Shown here in pieces: positions 39,588 to 48,890 of a stretch of DNA of 64,000 nt. The notes beneath the pieces are model-generated. The model was not told the DNA's origin, searched no databases, and saw only the letters and a list, made by a program, of their open reading frames with translations. The stretch comes from an uncultured delta proteobacterium (GTDB taxonomy: Bacteria > Desulfobacterota > Desulfobaccia > Desulfobaccales > 0-14-0-80-60-11), in contig CAWETI010000003.1 of assembly GCA_963812015.1 (NCBI GenBank), positions 544,001-608,000 of the forward strand, read 5' to 3'. Made by a program: the position numbers and the translations under genes. Numbering within the stretch: the stretch's first letter is position 1; each line of letters begins with the position of its first letter.

Positions 39588-39899
39588 TCAGACCTCAACC
39601 AACAGGGCTTTCACTGCCATAATGGCCAGCCGCCGCACCGCGGTCACCGGCATGGTCCCCTCTAGGGTCAGGGGTATGGGTTTCCGTAAGAACAACATAT
39701 AATCGCTGCTGCTGTTATAGATCGCCGCGAAGCGCTTGTAGTCGGGGGTATAAAAGTCGGCCTTGTCGAAGCGGTCGTCGTCGCCGGGCTCCACCCGGCC
39801 GTCCGGGTACACGTCAACCCGGTAGTAACAATCATCGGTCTCGAGGATGCAGGGGAGGATAATCCATTCGCCGGGCTCAATGGCAATGATTCTTCTCAT
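39588..39899 (-). CDS. Hypothetical protein
   Basis: 103-aa ORF with GGGGAAAGGG RBS and host-like codon usage. Confidence 0.6.
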   Translation of the reverse strand: MRRIIAIEPGEWIILPCILETDDCYYRVDVYPDGRVEPGDDDRFDKADFYTPDYKRFAAIYNSSSDYMLFLRKPIPLTLEGTMPVTAVRRLAIMAVKALLVEV

Positions 39900-40191
39900 A
39901 CCCTTTCCCCCGGTTCACTGCCGCGGCCGCGGAACCTGGTTGAGCTTCTGAGTGGATAGGGTTGGGCTGCATAACTAGGGTGATGGCAAATCATAGGAAA
40001 ACCTGGGATAGAGGGCCTTAAAGTCCCTCCTTCGAAAAGGGGGGAAAGCCGTGGTTTTACCTGTCAAAGCACGGAGGCAGCGCCCCAAGAGTTATCCCAT
40101 CCGGCGATGGCCCGGCTCCTGATCCTGCCTGGTCAGACACCAGCGCCATGGATCCAAAGGAAGCACGCTATTGCCGGTCTTCCCCGGTTGG

Positions 40192-41124
40192 CTACCCGAC
40201 CCTGAGAGGGGCGGACTGCTCCGCCGCCCGGAGGAGGTGGGTGAGGAGGTCGTTGACCGGGGTGGACAGGCCGAGGGCCCGGCCCCGGATTACCACCTGG
40301 GCGTTCAAGGCCTCGATTTCCGTGGGCCGCCCCGTCAGAATATCCTGGAGCATGGAAGAGTGGTTGGCGGCCGTATTGGCACAGACCTGGGACAGGCGCG
40401 CCGCGGGGTCGCCGGTGAGCTTGAGCCCCGCAGCCGCGGCCACCGTCTGGGCTTCTTGGGCTGCGGCCACCGCCACTTCCCAGGCTTGGGGCAGCTGGAG
40501 CAACGCCCCGTTGGGCACGCGCAGCAGGGCGGTGAGGGGGTTAATGCCCACGTTGATGACCAGCTTCTCCCACAAAACGGCCTCGATGTCCTCCCGGGGG
40601 TGGCACTCCAACCCGGCGTGCCGGAAAAGGTCCACCACGGCGGCCGTCTCGGCCCCGGTTACCCGGGACCCGGCCGGCACCCCGATGAAAATAGCTCCCC
40701 GGCCGGCATAGATGATGCGGCCCTCATCCTGCCGGGTCACCCCCAAAAGGCCTACCCCGGCCAGCAGGCGCTCGGGGCCCACGGTCCCGGCCATGGCTTC
40801 CAGGTTGCCCAAACCATTCTGCAAGGTCAGAGCCATGCCCCCCTGGCTCATCAGGGCCGGCAGGGCCCGGGCCGCGGTTTCCGTTTGATAGGCCTTGACC
40901 GCCATGATGGTTAAATCGCAGGGCCCCGCCTCGGCCGCCAGGCCGATGGGCACCATGACCACCCGAGGCCCGCCGTCCAGGGTGTGCACCTGGATGCCCC
41001 GCTGGCGCAGCCAGGCGACTCGATCCGGACGGTAGTCCACCAAAGAGACCTCGACGCCGGCTTCCCAAAAGAGGGCGGCCACAAGACATCCCAGGGCCCC
41101 CGGTCCCAATACGGCCAGTTTCAT
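40192..41124 (-). CDS. panE: 2-dehydropantoate 2-reductase
   Basis: GPGALG, VKAYQ, LQNGLG, WEKLVIN, SSMLQD...RPTEI. Confidence 0.92.
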   Translation of the reverse strand: MKLAVLGPGALGCLVAALFWEAGVEVSLVDYRPDRVAWLRQRGIQVHTLDGGPRVVMVPIGLAAEAGPCDLTIMAVKAYQTETAARALPALMSQGGMALTLQNGLGNLEAMAGTVGPERLLAGVGLLGVTRQDEGRIIYAGRGAIFIGVPAGSRVTGAETAAVVDLFRHAGLECHPREDIEAVLWEKLVINVGINPLTALLRVPNGALLQLPQAWEVAVAAAQEAQTVAAAAGLKLTGDPAARLSQVCANTAANHSSMLQDILTGRPTEIEALNAQVVIRGRALGLSTPVNDLLTHLLRAAEQSAPLRVG

Positions 41125-41237
41125 TGATCGTCCTGAAGAAAAAGCAAGAAATAGCCCCCGAAATTGCGTCAGGATTCTTTATCTTTTAGATGATTTGTAA
41201 TAAAATTTCTACGAGTAATTAAAGAAAGGGGGCGATA

Positions 41238-41927
41238 ATGAGCGTGCCCGTGGAATTACCGAGGCATTTCGACCAGGAATTGGGAAATCTGAAGCAGGAT
41301 CTGCTCCGGATGGCGGCGCTGGCCGAGACTGCGGTGGGCAAGAGCCTGTTATCCGTCACCAACCGGGACTCGGACCTGGCCCGGGAGGTGATCACCGATG
41401 ACATCTCCCTCAACCGCATGGAGCTGGCCATTGAAGAACAGGCCTTTAAACTGCTGGCCCTGCGGCAGCCCGTGGCCACCGACCTCCGTCTCACCGTGGC
41501 GGCGATGCGCATCGCCACGGAATTGGAGCGCATCGGCGATCAGGCCGTCAATATCGCCGAACGGGCCCTGGAACTGAACAGCAGCCCAGCTCTGGAAGTA
41601 CCCATCAATATCAGGGTCATGGCGGAAATGGCCTTGGAGATGGTTCGCACCAGCATTGACGCCTTTGTCAACCAGGACCCCAAGTTGGCCATCCAGGTCT
41701 GTCAACGGGACGTGGAAGTGGATATTCTGGACGATGAATATGTCCAAAAGATCCTGGGCTACATGATTGAAGAGTCCCGCTGGGTGACCCGGCTGCATCA
41801 CTTCGTAATCATCGTCCGGAACCTGGAGCGCATTGCCGATTTAGCCACCAACATCGCCGAAGACATCGTGTTCATCGTCGAGGGCCGGGTAATCAAGCAT
41901 CGGTGTGAAGAAATGATGCTTTCCTAG
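41238..41927 (+). CDS. phoU: Phosphate signalling protein PhoU
   Basis: QPVATDLR, ELERIGD, LERIADLATNIAE. Confidence 0.93.
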   Translation: MSVPVELPRHFDQELGNLKQDLLRMAALAETAVGKSLLSVTNRDSDLAREVITDDISLNRMELAIEEQAFKLLALRQPVATDLRLTVAAMRIATELERIGDQAVNIAERALELNSSPALEVPINIRVMAEMALEMVRTSIDAFVNQDPKLAIQVCQRDVEVDILDDEYVQKILGYMIEESRWVTRLHHFVIIVRNLERIADLATNIAEDIVFIVEGRVIKHRCEEMMLS

Positions 41928-43269
41928 GCCTCGATCTGACCTTAGCCTGAGCCAGTTTCTCCTCCAGCAATTGTAATTCCTGGGCCACCCGGGGTTGAGT
42001 CTTGCGGTTCCGCTCCAGGGTCTGTAGGGCATGCACCACGGAGGCATGGGACCGCTGGAACAGGCGCCCCAACTCCACCATGGTTTTTTCCGTGTAAATG
42101 CGGCAAAAATGGAGGGCCATCTGCCGGGCCCGCACCAAGCGCTTCTGACGCGACCGCCCCAACAACTCCGGCAGGCTCACCCCATAGTAATCGCTGACGA
42201 TCTTTTGAATATCCGGGGTATTTAACCGGGTATCCACGGCCTGCAAATCCTGGAGCACCTCCTGGGCCAGGCGCAGGCTGAAAGGTTCTTCGAGCAGGGT
42301 GGACCGGGCCACCAGGCAATCCAGGGCGCTCTCGAGGCGGCGCACATCCTCGTCAACGTATTCGGCCAGGTACTCCAAAATTTTCACGGAGACCTGCACT
42401 CCCCGGCGCTTGGCTTTTTTATCCAGGATATCGACCCGGGTGGCGTAGTCCGGCGGTCCGATGGGAGTGATGAGGCCACCGGTGAGCCGGGAGCGCAGTT
42501 CCTGGGAGAGGTGGCCGATCTCCCCCGGCAGGTAGCAACTGGTAAACACCAGCCGCTTATTCTGGCTCATGAGCGTGTCCAGGGTGTAGCAGACTTCCGC
42601 CTGGATCTTCTCTTTGCCGCTGAGAAACTGGACCTCTTCCAGCAGCAAGACGTCGCAGTCCCGCCGGAAGCGCTCTTTGAACGTGGACATCCGGCCGTTC
42701 TTGAGGGCGTGCACCATCTCGTTGGCGAAATTTTCCGCGGTGATATAAAGCACCTGTTTTCCCGCCGCCGACTTGGCGACGAAGTTGCCCACCGCCTGGG
42801 ACAGGTGGCTTTTCCCCAACCCGGGTCCGGAGGTGAGAAACAGGATACGGTTATAAAAGGTATCGTTACGGGCCAGGGCCTGGGAGGCCTGATAAGCCAG
42901 GCGGTTGGAGGCCCCCACCACGAACTGGTCAAAGGTAAAGGCCCGGTTGAATCGCCGGCTCACGGTCTTCTCCACCGCCAGGGGCAGGGCGGGCTGGCAC
43001 ACCTGGACCAGGGCCGGGAGGCGCGCCGGGGTGGTGAGTAACTTCAGATGCACCGGTAGGCTGCGGTTTAAAGCCGTTTCCTGAAGCTGCCGGATGAGTT
43101 TGAGATAGTGGGCTTGGACCCACCGGAGGGCAAAGGGATTGGGACAGGATAAAACCAGCTCGCCCCCGGGCCCCGACTCTGCCAAAAGGGGCTCAATCCA
43201 CAGGTCAAAGGTAGCGCAGGGTAGCTGGTTCTTGAGGATCTCCTTGACGGCCTGCCAGATTGCTTCCAT
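41893..43269 (-). CDS. dnaA: DnaA-family replication initiator (atypical, probable paralog)
   Basis: FTFDQFVVGASN, GLGKSHL, LLEEVQFL, RSRL..G, domain IV ARQMA...SVVHA; AAGGGGG RBS before ATG 43269. Confidence 0.88.
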   Translation of the reverse strand: MEAIWQAVKEILKNQLPCATFDLWIEPLLAESGPGGELVLSCPNPFALRWVQAHYLKLIRQLQETALNRSLPVHLKLLTTPARLPALVQVCQPALPLAVEKTVSRRFNRAFTFDQFVVGASNRLAYQASQALARNDTFYNRILFLTSGPGLGKSHLSQAVGNFVAKSAAGKQVLYITAENFANEMVHALKNGRMSTFKERFRRDCDVLLLEEVQFLSGKEKIQAEVCYTLDTLMSQNKRLVFTSCYLPGEIGHLSQELRSRLTGGLITPIGPPDYATRVDILDKKAKRRGVQVSVKILEYLAEYVDEDVRRLESALDCLVARSTLLEEPFSLRLAQEVLQDLQAVDTRLNTPDIQKIVSDYYGVSLPELLGRSRQKRLVRARQMALHFCRIYTEKTMVELGRLFQRSHASVVHALQTLERNRKTQPRVAQELQLLEEKLAQAKVRSRPRKASFLHTDA

Positions 43270-43840
43270 ATTCCCCCTTGGTTTGGCCCTGCATGTGGGA
43301 AGAATATTAACCGCAACCGGTACCCGGGTCAAAGGGGCTAGAGCCAAATCAACCTTAGGACTTTATATTAAAAAATTGTTAGAGATTTGTTACAGAACAC
43401 AACAATGGCGCGGCTCTGGCCAAGTTATAATAAAGAATAATTAATTCAATAGGTTATAACGCATAAACCGTGGGGTTGGGAGCCTTACGGGACCCTGAGC
43501 CGGGTCCCACGTTTTTCAAGAATCTCTCGGATTCGGGGTTTTTCATCGTTTTTCGTAGGGAGAGAAAATTATCCCGAATACAATTCGCTAACCAATTAAT
43601 TTATTTAATAAAAATAATATTAAGCCGTGAATCGCCATGATCTTCCGGGGTGAGGCCGGATGGGGCTGGAAACCGTGGTCCTTGACCCCGGGAGATCGCG
43701 CCCCAGATAACCGGGTTCATGATGGCCCGATAGTCAAGGTGGGGAAGAGGTTACTCCCCCCTCCTGCCCCGCCGGGTTCAGGGGCAATCCGGACAGGATA
43801 GCTCCACCGGATTTATCGCCCGGTCCTCCCTGCCGTTGCC

Positions 43841-43868
43841 TTGACAAATCTTAAGGAGGGGGTATCAT
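43841..43868 (+). promoter_or_regulatory. Sigma70 promoter of the GNAT gene
   Basis: TTGACA-16-TATCAT. Confidence 0.6.
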
Positions 43869-43907
43869 GGATCATAGTTTGGCTGAAATTCCTTTTTGAG
43901 GTTGGCA

Positions 43908-44477
43908 ATGATCAATTACGTCGCTTACCGCAAGTTCGCCACCCTGAAGAACGGCAAGCGGGTGATGTTCCGTTTCCTCAATGACCAGGACCGGGAGGCG
44001 TTGATCCAGATGTTCCAGGAGGCCCCGGAAGAGGATGTCCGGTTCCTGAAGCAGGACGTCAAGGACCTGAAAGTGGTAAACTCCTGGGTTGACCACCTTA
44101 ATTACCGCAAGGTATTGCCCTTGCTGGCGGTGGACCTGGAAAACAACCGGATCATTGCGGACGTCACGCTTCATCCGGGCAAACATGCCGCCAAACATAT
44201 CGGCGAGATTCGCATCTTCGTGTCCCGCCCGTTTCGAAACCTGGGCTTGGGGTCGCTGATGCTTGAAGAGGTGCTCAATCTGGCCTTGCAAGAAAATCTC
44301 ATGTGGGTGAAAGCGGAGATTCTGGCGGACCATAAAAAGGTGATCAAGGCCTTTAAAGCCAAAGGGTTCGAGCAGAAATGCCTTCTGGATGATTTTTTTA
44401 TCCGCAAGGACGGGGTGACCCACGATGTGATCTTGATGATGCGCCCGGTGGTAAAACGAGACGAGGCGGAATTTTAA
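43908..44477 (+). CDS. GNAT-family acetyltransferase
   Basis: V..PFRNLGLGS acetyl-CoA-binding motif, KGFE; GAGG RBS. Confidence 0.85.
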   Translation: MINYVAYRKFATLKNGKRVMFRFLNDQDREALIQMFQEAPEEDVRFLKQDVKDLKVVNSWVDHLNYRKVLPLLAVDLENNRIIADVTLHPGKHAAKHIGEIRIFVSRPFRNLGLGSLMLEEVLNLALQENLMWVKAEILADHKKVIKAFKAKGFEQKCLLDDFFIRKDGVTHDVILMMRPVVKRDEAEF

Positions 44478-44503
44478 AGTACATTGAGACCGCTGCAAAA
44501 GTA

Positions 44504-44621
44504 TTTTGAGGGGAGGGCCGTCGGCCCAGTTACAATCCCTCCCCCAAAGGCTGGTTGCAGAGCTCTTACCTTGGGTGACCAGGAGGGCAGGGGAGCACGG
44601 TAATCACTCTTCCCGCCCTCC
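44504..44621. repeat. G/C-tract palindromic repeat, degenerate copy 5
   Basis: TTTTGAGGGGAGGG...CCCTCCCCCAAA and GGAGGGCAGGGAG...CTTCCCGCCCTCC. Confidence 0.5.
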
Positions 44622-44645
44622 GGCCATTTTTGGGGGAGGCTGGCC

Positions 44646-45824
44646 ATGGGCCGGGTAGCATCAGGTCTGGAAATCTTTCTCCGGGAACCGCCGGCCTGGG
44701 CGGCTGGCGCCCGGTTGGGACTCTTGAGCCACCCGGCCAGCGTCGGTCCGGATCTGACCAACGCCCGGGAACTGGTGGCCCGGGGTTTTCCCGGCCGGCT
44801 CCAGGTCCTGTTCAGCCCGCAACACGGTCTGTTGGGGGAAAAGCAGGACAACATGATCGCCTCCGCCGATTTTGCCGACCCCGTCCTCCATCTGCCGGTG
44901 GTGAGTCTCTATGGCCCCCGCATGACCCCCCCGCCCGAGGCCCTGGCGGCGGTGGACGTGATCTTGGTGGATCTCCTGGACGTGGGCACCCGGGTGTACA
45001 CCTTTGCCGCCACCCTGGCCAAGGTCATGGCGGCGGCGGCGCGCCTCGATAAGAAGGTAGTGGTCCTGGACCGCCCCAACCCCATAGATGGGACCCAGGT
45101 GGAGGGGAATATGCTGCGGCTGGAGTGGGCCTCTTTTGTGGGGCCTTATCCTTTGCCCATGCGCCACGGCTTCAGCCTGGGAGAACTGGCCCGCTACTAT
45201 AACGCCACCCAGAAGATCGGCTGCGACCTGGAGGTGATCCCCGCAGCCGGCTGGCGCCGGGGCGATTATTATGACGCCACCGGGCTGCCCTGGGTGCTGC
45301 CTTCTCCCAACCTGCCCACCCTGGATGCCGCCATCGTCTATCCCGGTCAGGTGCTGCTGGAAGGCACCAATCTCTCCGAAGGCCGGGGCACCACCCGGCC
45401 CTTCGAACTCTTCGGGGCCCCTTTTCTGGAACCCCGGCGCATCCTGGACCTTCTCAAGCAGATCGAGCTGCCGGGGGTGATCCTCAGGGCGGCCTGTTTT
45501 GAGCCCACCTTCCATAAATGGGCCGGGGAACTGTGCCGGGGTTTCCAGCTTCACGTCACCGACCGGGGGAGCTTCAAGCCCTACTTCACCACCCTGGCCC
45601 TGCTGGCGGCGATCCGGGAGCTCTACCCCGAGCAGTTCGCCTGGCGCCAGCCGCCCTACGAATACGAGACGGTGCGCCTGCCCTTCGACTTGCTCACCGG
45701 GGATGACGTTATCCGGCAGGGGTTGGAGGGGGGATTGACCGCTGGAGAACTGGAAGGCGCCTGGCAGGACGACCTGGCGCGGTTTATGGAAGTGCGGCGG
45801 GAGTTTTTGATTTACGGGGAATGA
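44646..45824 (+). CDS. namZ: DUF1343 exo-beta-N-acetylmuramidase NamZ family
   Basis: FSPQHG, SLYG, DVGTRVYT, LDRPNP, SPNLPT, SEGRGTTRPFE. Confidence 0.88.
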   Translation: MGRVASGLEIFLREPPAWAAGARLGLLSHPASVGPDLTNARELVARGFPGRLQVLFSPQHGLLGEKQDNMIASADFADPVLHLPVVSLYGPRMTPPPEALAAVDVILVDLLDVGTRVYTFAATLAKVMAAAARLDKKVVVLDRPNPIDGTQVEGNMLRLEWASFVGPYPLPMRHGFSLGELARYYNATQKIGCDLEVIPAAGWRRGDYYDATGLPWVLPSPNLPTLDAAIVYPGQVLLEGTNLSEGRGTTRPFELFGAPFLEPRRILDLLKQIELPGVILRAACFEPTFHKWAGELCRGFQLHVTDRGSFKPYFTTLALLAAIRELYPEQFAWRQPPYEYETVRLPFDLLTGDDVIRQGLEGGLTAGELEGAWQDDLARFMEVRREFLIYGE

Positions 45825-45832
45825 GGTTAAGC

Positions 45833-45900
45833 TTTGAGGGAGGGGGCCAGGGGCAGACAGCCCCTGCCCCCTCCCTCAAACTCCCTCCCCCAACCCCTTA
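45833..45900. repeat. G/C-tract palindromic repeat, copy 6
   Basis: TTTGAGGGAGGGGGCCAGGGGC...GCCCCTGCCCCCTCCCTCAAACTCCCTCCCCCAACCCCTTA. Confidence 0.75.
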
Positions 45901-45916
45901 TTGGTAATAAGTTCTT

Positions 45917-45941
45917 GTAGGGTGCGTAAGACGCACCCTAC
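45917..45941. repeat. GTAG-type REP (perfect palindrome)
   Basis: GTAGGGTGCGT-AAG-ACGCACCCTAC. Confidence 0.8.
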
Positions 45942-45954
45942 CTACATTGCTTTT

Positions 45955-46260
45955 TTATCCAGGTTGCGGGCCGGTAGGGGCATAAAGCGGTTTGAGGTTG
46001 ATCTCCTTGGCTGATTTCCTGACTTGAGCAAGGTCGTACTGCACCTGGAGCTGTAACCAACTATCGGGACTGCGGCCAAAAGCCTGGGACAACCTGACGG
46101 CCATTTCCGGGGAAATGCCCGCGTGACCGTTCAACAACAAAGAAAGGGTCTTGCGGGTCACGCCAAGTCCTTGAGCGGCCCGGGTGATGGTCAAGTCCAG
46201 GGGCTCGAGGCATAATTCCCGGATAATCTCGCCCGGATGCGGTGGATTTTTCATGGCCAT
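45955..46260 (-). CDS. higA: HigA-family antitoxin (HTH)
   Basis: [35 protein letters not shown]. Confidence 0.92.
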   Translation of the reverse strand: MAMKNPPHPGEIIRELCLEPLDLTITRAAQGLGVTRKTLSLLLNGHAGISPEMAVRLSQAFGRSPDSWLQLQVQYDLAQVRKSAKEINLKPLYAPTGPQPG

Positions 46261-46272
46261 GGCGTTTTCCTC

Positions 46273-46551
46273 CTAATGGTAATCAATCAGATCAACCTCG
46301 GCGGCTTGGCCGTCCTCAAAGCGAAAAATCACCCGCCAATTTCCTGAAACGGCTACGGCATAAAACCCCGCCAGATCGCCCTTGAGTTGATGAAGCTTCA
46401 GACCGGGAAGGTTCATATCCTCAACGGTGACAGCCGTGGCCAGCAAAGCCAGAATCTGCCGCAGCCGCTTTACCAGGGATTGTTTCACTCCCTTGGTCCG
46501 GTCGTCATAATAGAGGGCGGCTAATCCTTTATGCCTTATGCTGCCGATCAT
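46273..46551 (-). CDS. higB: HigB (RelE/ParE, plasmid-killer type) toxin
   Basis: HKGL, LHQLKGD, VSGNWRVIF.F, terminal DYH. Confidence 0.92.
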   Translation of the reverse strand: MIGSIRHKGLAALYYDDRTKGVKQSLVKRLRQILALLATAVTVEDMNLPGLKLHQLKGDLAGFYAVAVSGNWRVIFRFEDGQAAEVDLIDYH

Positions 46552-46604
46552 GGATATTGTATCCTGTTACGTAGCAGGTTACAAGTCAATTTATCTATTC
46601 GCAA

Positions 46605-46718
46605 GGAAAAAATTGAGCGGGTGCGGCCTTTTTTCGCTCGCGAACCGGGAATACCATTTTGTCTATTTTTCAGGATTTTTGGGTGCTGGAAAGCCGCGTC
46701 CTATCAGGGGTATGATTA
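46605..46718 (+). pseudogene. Possible frameshifted remnant of an MNT-type nucleotidyltransferase
   Basis: EKIERVRPFFAREPGI then, after a frameshift, FVYFSGF..AGKPRP; resembles an MntA N-terminus. Confidence 0.3.
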
Positions 46719-46866
46719 TTTGAACCAGACAATTCACGTGATTTTGTCCAGTTTTCTTTTTTCCGCCCTCCGCGGTCTATCATCAGACAATTAGATATAT
46801 TTTGTCCCGAGACAAGGTTAGGCCCGGAGAGAAAGCTATGATAATCTCTAACAAGGAGGCCGTAGT

Positions 46867-47523
46867 ATGGAATCCCATATCGTCGCTTTGGAAGAGCTTT
46901 CCAAAAAACATGCTGAAATTGGAAATAGTCTTTATCATGCCTGTAATTCGTCGTTATTCCCTGCGGATATCTTGGCGTTCTCAGTTCTTGAACGATCTCT
47001 TCAACTCCTAAAAGGCTTTTGTCTGCTAATGCGAAATGAGGGTTACGTCTGCGCAGTGCCCCTGCTTCGAATGCAACTTGACAGCTTGCTGAGGTTTTCC
47101 GGGATTGTGACGATGGATGACCCTCATGGGACGGCTCAGTTGGTAATGAACGGAAAGGCGCTGAGGAATATTAAGGGCATGGATGGGGAAAAAATGACTG
47201 ACAAGCGTTTAGTTAAACGGTTCTCAGTCAAGAATCCACAGATTCAAGTCGTATATGACGCTACCTGTAGTTACGTCCACTTCTCAAGGGAGCACTTTGC
47301 TCTTTTTCTTGCGCGTTGTAAGAAAATTAGTGAAGATGGAAACCGGGAAATATGTATAGGTCATGATGATGCAAATATTCAGATGGAAAACAAGCTCGGC
47401 TTAATCAACAATTTTAAGGTAATCACAAAAGCAGTCATCAATCTTTTAGAACACTGGTGTTCCTATCGTCACAATTATGGGGATATAAGCTCTTTGCGTG
47501 AGAGATGCACGCAGCGCTTATGA
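46867..47523 (+). CDS. Hypothetical protein, DUF5677/HEPN-like helical family
   Basis: AAGGAGG RBS; A..LLR..LD and Y...CSYVH motifs; AT-rich. Confidence 0.7.
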   Translation: MESHIVALEELSKKHAEIGNSLYHACNSSLFPADILAFSVLERSLQLLKGFCLLMRNEGYVCAVPLLRMQLDSLLRFSGIVTMDDPHGTAQLVMNGKALRNIKGMDGEKMTDKRLVKRFSVKNPQIQVVYDATCSYVHFSREHFALFLARCKKISEDGNREICIGHDDANIQMENKLGLINNFKVITKAVINLLEHWCSYRHNYGDISSLRERCTQRL

Positions 47524-47807
47524 TCTATTACGCCGCTTTATCTTCGTTAAAAGAAACTGTGACACGGCAAGTAGGCCGCCCATTTTCTGCGCCACGCCTT
47601 GAGCAAGCCCGCTCCCTCTCGCAGCCTTTTTCTGTCTAAGCAGCCCTAACTCCCCTTATGTTTTCACGCTTGTGCTTCTCGTGCGCTAAAGCAGGCCAGC
47701 CAGATTAGAAAAAAGGTGGGATTTTATCCAGTTATTAAGTTCAAAGGTTTTGTAACAGTTTTGTGCAAAACCTGCAAGGTGTAGCGAAGTCATAGTTGAT
47801 CCACTGG

Positions 47808-48683
47808 TCAGACGATCATTGCTTCAATTATTAAATTGCTATTCTTGTCTATGAGTACAAGATGATTGTTATAATAAGCAAAGTCTAAGTATAAGTTTAA
47901 AAACCTCTTTCCAGTTTTCTTGAAAATATCTTCTAGGATCATTGTCTTGTTCGCCTGATATTTTGCCTCGACAGAGGCTATGTATTTTTTCCAGTTCATG
48001 GCCTGCCGAATGTGGTTTACACCAGTACTTGCACGGGTGATTCCCCCACCGATCGGTGCATAAACCTTGTCGTCAATTTTCAAGCATATATTACTCTGAT
48101 TCTTTCTTAACTTCTTGATCTCATCATTGGTTGGGCTAAATGACACATCCAAAACTCCTTTTAGCTCATAGCCTTCGATGACGGCTGGCCAGTTATCTTT
48201 AATAATTTGCAAGTATTCTCTCTTTACAAAAACTTCAACATCGTTGTGGTGTTCAATATCAATAAAATGTGCGATACCATTTTTAAATAGAACCATTAGC
48301 AAGTAGTCGGATCTGACATTAAAATAACCACCTGAGTTATTATTGTTAAGATGAAGATGATGAATGTTCCAATCAAGCAGCAAATAATCTTGAAATTGAG
48401 GATTTAACGCTTCCTTGCTCAGAAATGGATTTACATCATCACCTTTCGTTAGCCTCAGTTTTATCTCTTCGTATGCAACTTTATAATTTGTGCCTAATGA
48501 GCTGAGTTTGGCAATCACTTCCCCAGTCTCTTTAATCATATGTGGAAATTGATAGATCAATTTTGCTTTTAAGTTTAGGTTTAAAGCAATGATTTCTTGA
48601 TCATCTAAACTGCCAAAGTCACTCATTCCATAATTGTTGAGCTCTTCTTTGACTACGGCCATGAATTTCTGAAACAATTTCAT
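47808..48683 (-). CDS. Hypothetical protein (AT-rich)
   Basis: 291-aa ORF, GGAGG RBS, D.LL.DWNIHHLHL...RSDYLL motif. Confidence 0.75.
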   Translation of the reverse strand: MKLFQKFMAVVKEELNNYGMSDFGSLDDQEIIALNLNLKAKLIYQFPHMIKETGEVIAKLSSLGTNYKVAYEEIKLRLTKGDDVNPFLSKEALNPQFQDYLLLDWNIHHLHLNNNNSGGYFNVRSDYLLMVLFKNGIAHFIDIEHHNDVEVFVKREYLQIIKDNWPAVIEGYELKGVLDVSFSPTNDEIKKLRKNQSNICLKIDDKVYAPIGGGITRASTGVNHIRQAMNWKKYIASVEAKYQANKTMILEDIFKKTGKRFLNLYLDFAYYNNHLVLIDKNSNLIIEAMIV

Positions 48684-48800
48684 TTTGCCTCCATCTACTT
48701 AACGCCGGAATGAGTTTTCTATACTACTCCACTGGGGGAAGGTCCCCAGGTTCTATTAACTGGACAAGTTACCATGAATTGTCCAATTTTATAAAGAAAT

Positions 48801-48824
48801 GTAGGCGCGTAAGACGCGCCCTAC
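48801..48824. repeat. GTAG-type REP
   Basis: GTAGGCGCGTAAGACGCGCCCTAC, a near copy of 45917-45941. Confidence 0.8.
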
Positions 48825-48890
48825 GCAGCTTTCTCTCTATTTCAAACTCCTGCTGCATTTCCCTAACCACTGACCACTGGCCACTGCCGT

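Noticed and set aside
39950..40100. DnaA-box-like words (GTGGATAG, TGCATAAC, TTATCCCA)
   Set aside because: Each has two or more mismatches and there is no AT-rich unwinding element
43350..43630. Possible oriC upstream of dnaA (AT-rich tracts, IHF-like ATTCAATAGGTTA at 43444)
   Set aside because: No cluster of TTATCCACA-like boxes is visible, dnaN is absent and the DnaA is atypical; more likely a divergent promoter region
43638..43802. 54-codon ORF MIFRGEAGWGWKPW...
   Set aside because: No RBS or motif; lies between two promoter regions
46815..48710. Integron-cassette interpretation: GTTAGGC and GTTAAGT precede the two orphan genes; CCCTAAC and ACTTAAT follow them
   Set aside because: No attC hairpin could be folded, the genes are convergent and there is no intI; such 7-mers arise by chance. 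IntegronFinder would settle it
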